Positions 58,009 through 64,000 of a stretch of 64,000 nt of DNA are shown piece by piece. Both the position numbers and the translations under genes were made by a program. The stretch's first letter is position 1. Every line of letters begins with the position of its first letter. The notes below the pieces were generated by a model, which did no database searches, was not told the origin of the DNA, and worked only from the letters and a program-made list of their open reading frames with translations. The stretch is from positions 62,001-126,000 of IMG/VR virus record IMGVR_UViG_3300025162_000016. One strand, written 5' to 3'.

Positions 58009-61000
58009 ATGCCAATCCCGATTTCAACTTTTTTCGAGTTAAGTACCGAATTACCCATTGATAATAGAATTGTTGCGGCTAATATCTCTATAAGAAATGC
58101 GATCACAGATACATGGAGATTTGAAGGATTGCATTGTTATGTAGTCGATGAACAAATAAATTATCAATTACAAGGCGGTATTTTAAATACCGATTGGGTT
58201 GTTTTAAATGCAGGTGGAACTGCGGAATCCGCATCATGGGCTAGCAGTTCTTTAAGTTCAAGTTATTTATTAGGATCACATACCGGTTCTACTTTCGGTA
58301 CAGCAAGTTGGGCAGTATCCGCTTCATGGTCTCCTGCTCAACCATCTTCAACGGCAGAATCCGCATCATGGGCTAGTTCATCTATCAGCGCCAGTTATTT
58401 ATTCGGTCCACATACCGGTTCTACTTTTGGTACTGCAAGTTGGGCAGTATCGGCTTCGTGGTCTCCTAGTCAACCATTTTCAACAGCAGAATCGGCATCA
58501 TGGGCAAGTAGTTCTTTAAGTTCAAGTTATTTATTTGGTCCACATACCGGTTCTACTTTTGGAACCGCATCATGGGCACTTAATTCGTTAACGGCTAGTT
58601 ATATTTCTTCCAGTAATATCACCGGCGATATTACTGCGTTTAGCGCCTCATGGGCATCGAGTTCAATTAGCGCATCATATGCATTATCTTCATCCTGGAC
58701 AATTAATGCGAGTACTGCAAGTAATTCTTTAACGGCGTCATATCTTACTCCTGAAAATAATTACACCGTTCATAATTTAGATATTACTAATAATCTTACG
58801 AATGGAACGGGATCAATTGCAAACAGTCTTGTTTCTCATGCGGAAGGTTATTTTACAATTGCAAATGGGTATGCATCTCATGCGGAAGGAGATTCTACTA
58901 CAACCATCGGGATATCTTCTCATGCGGAAGGCGAATCTGCCACTGCAACCGGTAATTTTTCTCATGCCGAAGGTAAAACCACCAATGCAATTGGAAATTA
59001 TTCCCATGCAGAAGGTCAAAACACACAAGCATATAAAGATTATTCTCATGCCGAAGGTTATGGCACATGGGCAAGCCAAATATATTCTCATGCGGAAGGC
59101 AATTCTACCGTAGCAATTGGAACCGGTTCGCATGCCGAGGGCGACGTTACAACTGCGGCTGGAAATTTTTCTCATACCGAAGGAGATTCTACTACTGCAA
59201 ACACAAACCATTCTCATGCGGAAGGTTCATTTACTATTACGAATGGAGTGGCGTCTCATGCCGAAGGAGAATCTACAACTACAGATGGACATTATTCCCA
59301 TGCCGAAGGTGGTTCTACAAAAACATTCGGACCGTATTCCCATGCGGAAGGTTATAATACAATTGCACGGTCATGGGGGTCTCATGCCGAGGGTGCTTTT
59401 ACGATGGTGTCTGAAATTAGTGACGGAGCACATGCGGAAGGACTAGAAACAACTGCATCGGGACAAAGTTCTCATGCGGAAGGATTTGGTTCAGTTACAA
59501 CCACAAATTTTTCTCATGCCGAGGGCGATCATACTACTGCGAATGGCCAAAGCTCTCATACAGAGGGTAAAAATACAATAGCAAATGGAAAGAGTTCCCA
59601 TGCCGAAGGTTATTTTACAATTGCCACCAATGATTTTTCCCATGCGGAAGGTATGAACACGGAGGCATATGAAGAGGGTTCTCATGCGGAAGGAGGCGGT
59701 ACATCTACACTGGGAGTTGGTTCTCATGCGGAAGGCGCTTCCACAACTGCAACTGGACATTATTCTCATGCGGAAGGTGATACTACATATGCAAATGGAG
59801 CGGCTTCTCATGCGGAAGGTGGATCTACATTCGCAAATGGAGTTAGTTCTCATGCGGAAGGTTATTATACAACTGCAATTGGAGATTATTCCCATGCGGA
59901 AGGTGGATCTACATTCGCAAATGGAAATTATTCTCATGCAGAAGGTTATAGTACAACTGCAACTGGAGAATTTTCTCATGCGGGAGGTAATAATACAGTA
60001 GCATACGCTAATTATCAAACAGTCGTAGGACGATTTAATATTGCTAATAACAGCACCGATTTATTTGTAGTTGGCGGTGGTGCAAATGATGCAAACAGAA
60101 AAGACATATTAAAAGTATCTACCACCGGTGTTATTGTAAATGGTGGCGTCACTTCTTCATTATTTGGAACCGCATCATGGGCACTTAATTGTTTAACTGC
60201 GAGTTATACTTCTGCCAGCAATATTACCGGAAACATTACCGCCTTTAGTTCTTCCTGGGCATCAAGTTCATTGAGTTCTTCCTACGCCTTATCCGCCTCT
60301 TATGCATTATCGGCATCGTATGCATTAACAAGTAGTTACGCCAATTCAGCTTCTTATGCATTATCTTCATCTTATGCATTAACTGCGAGTTATATTTCCA
60401 GTGCATTTGCGATCGTAGGAACAGCATCTTATGCTTATAATGCGGGGACGGCATCATGGGCATGGAATTTAATTGGAGGATTACCGTCAATAGAATCGGC
60501 CTCTTGGGCATCATCGAGTTTATATTCTATTGGAGCAATTTATGCATCCAGTTCAATTAGTTCCAGTTGGGCATCCTCATCGATTAGTTCGAGTTATTTA
60601 TTTGGATCACATACCGGCTCTACATTTGGAACTGCAAGCTGGGCATTTAATGCTTTAACGGCTAGTTATATTTCTTCCAGTAATATTGCCGGAAATGTTA
60701 CCGCATTCAGTGCGAGTTGGGCATCTGCTAGTATTTCCGCAAGTTATTTAAATGGATCACACACTGGTTCTACCTTTGGGACTGCAAGTTGGGCAGTATC
60801 CGCTTCATGGGTAAGTGCCTCTACATTTATTACAACAGCACAAACAGCTTCATATGTATCTTCCAGTAATATTTTCGGTAATATAACTGCATTTAGTGCA
60901 TCTTGGGCATCATCTAGTATATCATCCAGTTATTTATTTGGACCGCACACTGGTTCAACATTTGGTACATCGTCTTGGGCAATTAATGCTACTACTGCAT

Positions 61001-64000
61001 CTTATATCTCTTCCAGTAATATTTTCGGTAATATAACTGCGTTTAGTGCATCATGGGCCTCTTCTTCAATTAGCGCAAGTTATTTATTAGGATCACATAC
61101 CGGTTCTACTTTTGGTACCGCATCATGGGCACTCAATTCATTAACAGCAAGTTATATCACATCGAGTAATATTTTTGGCAGTGTAACCGCTTTTTCCGCA
61201 TCATGGGCAAGTTCATCTATTAGTTCCAGTTATTTATTCGGATCACATACCGGTTCTACTTTTGGAACGGCATCCTGGGCACTTAATTCATTAACGGCTA
61301 GTTATATTTCTTCCAGTAATATTGCCGGAAATGTTACCGCATTCAGTGCGAGCTGGGCATCATCCTCTATCAGTGCGAGTTATTTATTTGGGTCGCATAC
61401 CGGCTCTACCTTTGGAACGGCATCCTGGTCAAATAATTCAATAACCGCTAGTTATATCACATCGAGTAATATTTTTGGCAATGTAACTGCTTTTAGTGCA
61501 TCATGGGCATCAAGTTCAATTAGTTCGAGTTATTTATTTGGTTCACATACCGGCTCTACTTTCGGCACTGCCTCTTGGGCAATAAATTCCTTAACGGCAT
61601 CTTCCGCCGATTCTTTTTTTGTAAGAAACGATTTAACCGTGGGCGGCATATTGCGGGCGGGACAAATTAGTAGTAGTTTTATTTATATCACTTCAAGTTA
61701 TTTGGTAGTAACTGATAATATTCTTACATTAAATGCACAGACACCGCACATGCGATATGCCGGAATTGAAGTGTGGGATTCGGGATCGACAGATCAGATG
61801 GCAAGTATATTATGGGACGGTCAGAATAATTACTTTTTTATCTCATCCAGTGATGCCGGTTACAGTAGGAAAATTATTTTAGGTCCAACCGGTGAGGTAG
61901 ATTTAACAACCGGTAAGATACCAGTGGCTATAGAAGGAAATAGTATTGGTGATAGTATAATACAACAAATTGGATCAGTAATTACTATCACGGGTAGTTT
62001 AGTAGCCACATCAGTAACCGCTTCATTATTTGGAACCGCAAGTTGGGCATTAAACGCTTTAACAGCGAGTTATGTATCTTCCAGTAACATCGCCGGTAAT
62101 GTTACCGCCTTTAGTTCGTCGTGGGCATCGTCAAGTATCTCAGCAAGTTATTTAAATGGATCACACACTGGTTCTACGTTTGGAACCGCATCTTGGGCGA
62201 ATAATGCTTTAACCGCATCTTATATTTCTTCGAGTAATATTACCGGAAACATTACCGCATTTAGTTCTTCTTGGGCATCAAGCTCATTGAGTTCATCGTA
62301 TCCATGGTTTACTACGGGAAGTAATATTGCGTATGTCGGAGGAAATGTTGGTATTGGGATTGCTACACCGGTAGAAACATTAGCAATATATCAACCTATT
62401 GGTTCGAATTCAAGTCTATCATTGGCGGATGGAGATGTTACACATGGAGTAACAACATTAGCAGGAACAAATGTTTGGTTATTAATCAATGAACACACTA
62501 CAGATAAAGGCGGAGCACAATTAATTGGATTTTCGGATGCTTCGGATAATCCGGCATTTGAAATAAAAGGAGTTAATACTACAGATCCGGATGTAAACAT
62601 ACCGGCAATTGTATTAGATGGATATAGTGCCAATGGAACTGGAGTTAAAGCATTGGCGGCAACTAAAACGGTGGTACAGCTTCAGAACAATGGAGTTGCG
62701 CTTTTTAGTCTTTTAGGAAACGGTAATGTTGGCATAGGAATTACTAATCCAATAAACAGTTTGGATGTAGTAGGAAACATTTCTTGCAGCGTAATAACCG
62801 CCTCGTTATTTTATGGCACTGCCAGTTGGGCTCTTAATTCTAAAACAGCGAGTTATATTTCTTCCAGTAATATTTTTGGTAGCATTACCGCATTTTCTTC
62901 TTCATGGGCTTCCAGTTCATTAATAGCAATAAGTGCAATCTATGCATCCAGTTCAATAACAGCTACGAGTTCGATATTCGCATCTGCGAGTTTATATACC
63001 ACCGGCGCAATTTATGCGTCCAGTTCAATCAGTGCAAGCTGGGCATCTGCTAGTATATCGTCTAGTTATTTATTTGGATCACATACCGGCTCTACATTTG
63101 GAACATCATCTTGGGCTTTTAATTCATTAACTGCTAGTTATATTTCTTCGAGTAATATCACCGGCAATATTACCGCATTTTCTTCTTCATGGGCTTCCAG
63201 TTCATTGAGTTCATCGTATCCATGGTTTACTACGGGAAGTAATATCGCTTATGTCGGCGGAAATGTTGGAATTGGAACAACCAATCCAGCAAATATTATT
63301 GATATTTATCAGAATACAAATTCCAAACCGAAACTTTTGTTTACAAATGCATCAAATGGCACGGGGGCACAGAGTTTAATGGAGTTTGCGAATGATGTGG
63401 GTAATAGAGCGGATTTTGGAATGAATAGTTCCAATAAAACCCAATATGGTAATATTGAACCCGGTTTCGCATTTATGTATACGACTGCCCCTGGTTTCGC
63501 ATTCATGGATGATAGCGCAGGGGGTAAAATAAGTTTTTGGATAGGTTCTAATATATGGAATTCGGCACAATTAACAATAACCGCATCTGGCGTTGGCATT
63601 GGTATCACGACTCCAGTAAATAAATTAGATGTAGCAGGTAATATTTCTTGTTCCATAATCACCGCCTCATTATTCTATGGAACTGCATCGTGGGCACTTA
63701 ATTCTTTAACAGCTAGTTATGTTTCTTCCAGTAATATTATTGGTATAGTAACCGCCTTAAGCGCAAGCTGGGCTAGTGCATCAATCAGTGCTTCATATGC
63801 TCCAGTCCAACCAAATTATTCTTCGAGTGTTTCTGTACAATTTGGGACTAAACAAGACACACTTGTAACTGGAAATACTTATTCTATTACATCATCTTGG
63901 GCTTTTAATTCATTAACTGCTAGTTATATTTCTTCCAGTAATATTATTGGTAATGTAACCGCATTTTCTGCATCATGGGCATCTTCCAGCATTTCTTCTA
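58009..64000 (+). CDS. Second long tail fibre/adhesin, 3'-truncated (>1990 aa, absent from ORF track)
   Basis: MPIPISTFFELSTELPIDNR start; spot checks keep frame 1 open to the window end. SASWA repeats, SHAEG repeats and GNVGIG motifs. Confidence 0.85.
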   Translation, partial: MPIPISTFFELSTELPIDNRIVAANISIRNAITDTWRFEGLHCYVVDEQINYQLQGGILNTDWVVLNAGGTAESASWASSSLSSSYLLGSHTGSTFGTASWAVSASWSPAQPSSTAESASWASSSISASYLFGPHTGSTFGTASWAVSASWSPSQPFSTAESASWASSSLSSSYLFGPHTGSTFGTASWALNSLTASYISSSNITGDITAFSASWASSSISASYALSSSWTINASTASNSLTASYLTPENNYTVHNLDITNNLTNGTGSIANSLVSHAEGYFTIANGYASHAEGDSTTTIGISSHAEGESATATGNFSHAEGKTTNAIGNYSHAEGQNTQAYKDYSHAEGYGTWASQIYSHAEGNSTVAIGTGSHAEGDVTTAAGNFSHTEGDSTTANTNHSHAEGSFTITNGVASHAEGESTTTDGHYSHAEGGSTKTFGPYSHAEGYNTIARSWGSHAEGAFTMVSEISDGAHAEGLETTASGQSSHAEGFGSVTTTNFSHAEGDHTTANGQSSHTEGKNTIANGKSSHAEGYFTIATNDFSHAEGMNTEAYEEGSHAEGGGTSTLGVGSHAEGASTTATGHYSHAEGDTTYANGAASHAEGGSTFANGVSSHAEGYYTTAIGDYSHAEGGSTFANGNYSHAEGYSTTATGEFSHAGGNNTVAYANYQTVVGRFNIANNSTDLFVVGGGANDANRKDILKVSTTGVIVNGGVTSSLFGTASWALNCLTASYTSASNITGNITAFSSSWASSSLSSSYALSASYALSASYALTSSYANSASYALSSSYALTASYISSAFAIVGTASYAYNAGTASWAWNLIGGLPSIESASWASSSLYSIGAIYASSSISSSWASSSISSSYLFGSHTGSTFGTASWAFNALTASYISSSNIAGNVTAFSASWASASISASYLNGSHTGSTFGTASWAVSASWVSASTFITTAQTASYVSSSNIFGNITAFSASWASSSISSSYLFGPHTGSTFGTSSWAINATTASYISSSNIFGNITAFSASWASSSISASYLLGSHTGSTFGTASWALNSLTASYITSSNIFGSVTAFSASWASSSISSSYLFGSHTGSTFGTASWALNSLTASYISSSNIAGNVTAFSASWASSSISASYLFGSHTGSTFGTASWSNNSITASYITSSNIFGNVTAFSASWASSSISSSYLFGSHTGSTFGTASWAINSLTASSADSFFVRNDLTVGGILRAGQISSSFIYITSSYLVVTDNILTLNAQTPHMRYAGIEVWDSGSTDQMASILWDGQNNYFFISSSDAGYSRKIILGPTGEVDLTTGKIPVAIEGNSIGDSIIQQIGSVITITGSLVATSVTASLFGTASWALNALTASYVSSSNIAGNVTAFSSSWASSSISASYLNGSHTGSTFGTASWANNALTASYISSSNITGNITAFSSSWASSSLSSSYPWFTTGSNIAYVGGNVGIGIATPVETLAIYQPIGSNSSLSLADGDVTHGVTTLAGTNVWLLINEHTTDKGGAQLIGFSDASDNPAFEIKGVNTTDPDVNIPAIVLDGYSANGTGVKALAATKTVVQLQNNGVALFSLLGNGNVGIGITNPINSLDVVGNISCSVITASLFYGTASWALNSKTASYISSSNIFGSITAFSSSWASSSLIAISAIYASSSITATSSIFASASLYTTGAIYASSSISASWASASISSSYLFGSHTGSTFGTSSWAFNSLTASYISSSNITGNITAFSSSWASSSLSSSYPWFTTGSNIAYVGGNVGIGTTNPANIIDIYQNTNSKPKLLFTNASNGTGAQSLMEFANDVGNRADFGMNSSNKTQYGNIEPGFAFMYTTAPGFAFMDDSAGGKISFWIGSNIWNSAQLTITASGVGIGITTPVNKLDVAGNISCSIITASLFYGTASWALNSLTASYVSSSNIIGIVTALSASWASASISASYAPVQPNYSSSVSVQFGTKQDTLVTGNTYSITSSWAFNSLTASYISSSNIIGNVTAFSASWASSSISS
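58834..59988 (+). repeat. About 28 x 14-aa SHAEG repeats (YadA-head-like beta-roll)
   Basis: 42-bp period, TCTCATGCGGAAGG core. Confidence 0.85.

Noticed and set aside
58802-60514. Track ORFs such as 58802, 58813(-), 59117, 59491(-), 59669 and 60245(-)
   Set aside because: Shadow frames of the SHAEG/SASW repeats. The real gene is frame 1 from 58009.
1-64000. Stop-codon reassignment, as seen in some large phages
   Set aside because: Conserved genes are full length in code 11, and TAA, TAG and TGA all end genes at expected positions. The apparent breaks are explained by IS insertions and a split intein.
1-64000. tRNA or rRNA genes
   Set aside because: No cloverleaf or rRNA-like segment was seen in the short intergenic gaps. 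A tRNAscan or Infernal run would be needed to exclude them.

Overview
Morphogenesis region of a large, AT-rich T4-like (myovirus-type) phage, read in the standard code. Gene order: C-terminal part of a fractured terminase, portal, prohead protease, scaffold, gp23-like major capsid, neck/tail-completion genes and two very long repeat-rich tail fibres (the second is missing from the ORF track and runs off the window). Mobile load is heavy: six inteins (one is an atypically split C-intein), five KYG-repeat endonuclease ORFs, an IS607 and a tnpB-only IS200/IS605-type element. Each IS sits in a gene whose frame is restored when the IS is removed. A complete BPP-1-type diversity-generating retroelement (avd, TR, RT) has two tandem Mtd-like targets. 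The best candidate for an undescribed system is at 17.1-24.3 kb: nine small genes (one IS-split, so absent from the ORF track) share the N-terminal tag MKxRx(G/S)FVSNSSS(S/T/A)SF on varied bodies. They lie in two sigma70-type operons with an atypical radical SAM/SPASM enzyme and an RlaP-like nucleotidyltransferase. A second candidate is a late-promoter cassette of proteins with MIKLKxLL..E leaders and ADP-ribosyltransferase-like domains, possibly virion-packaged effectors. All assignments come from motif recognition by eye; no searches were run.
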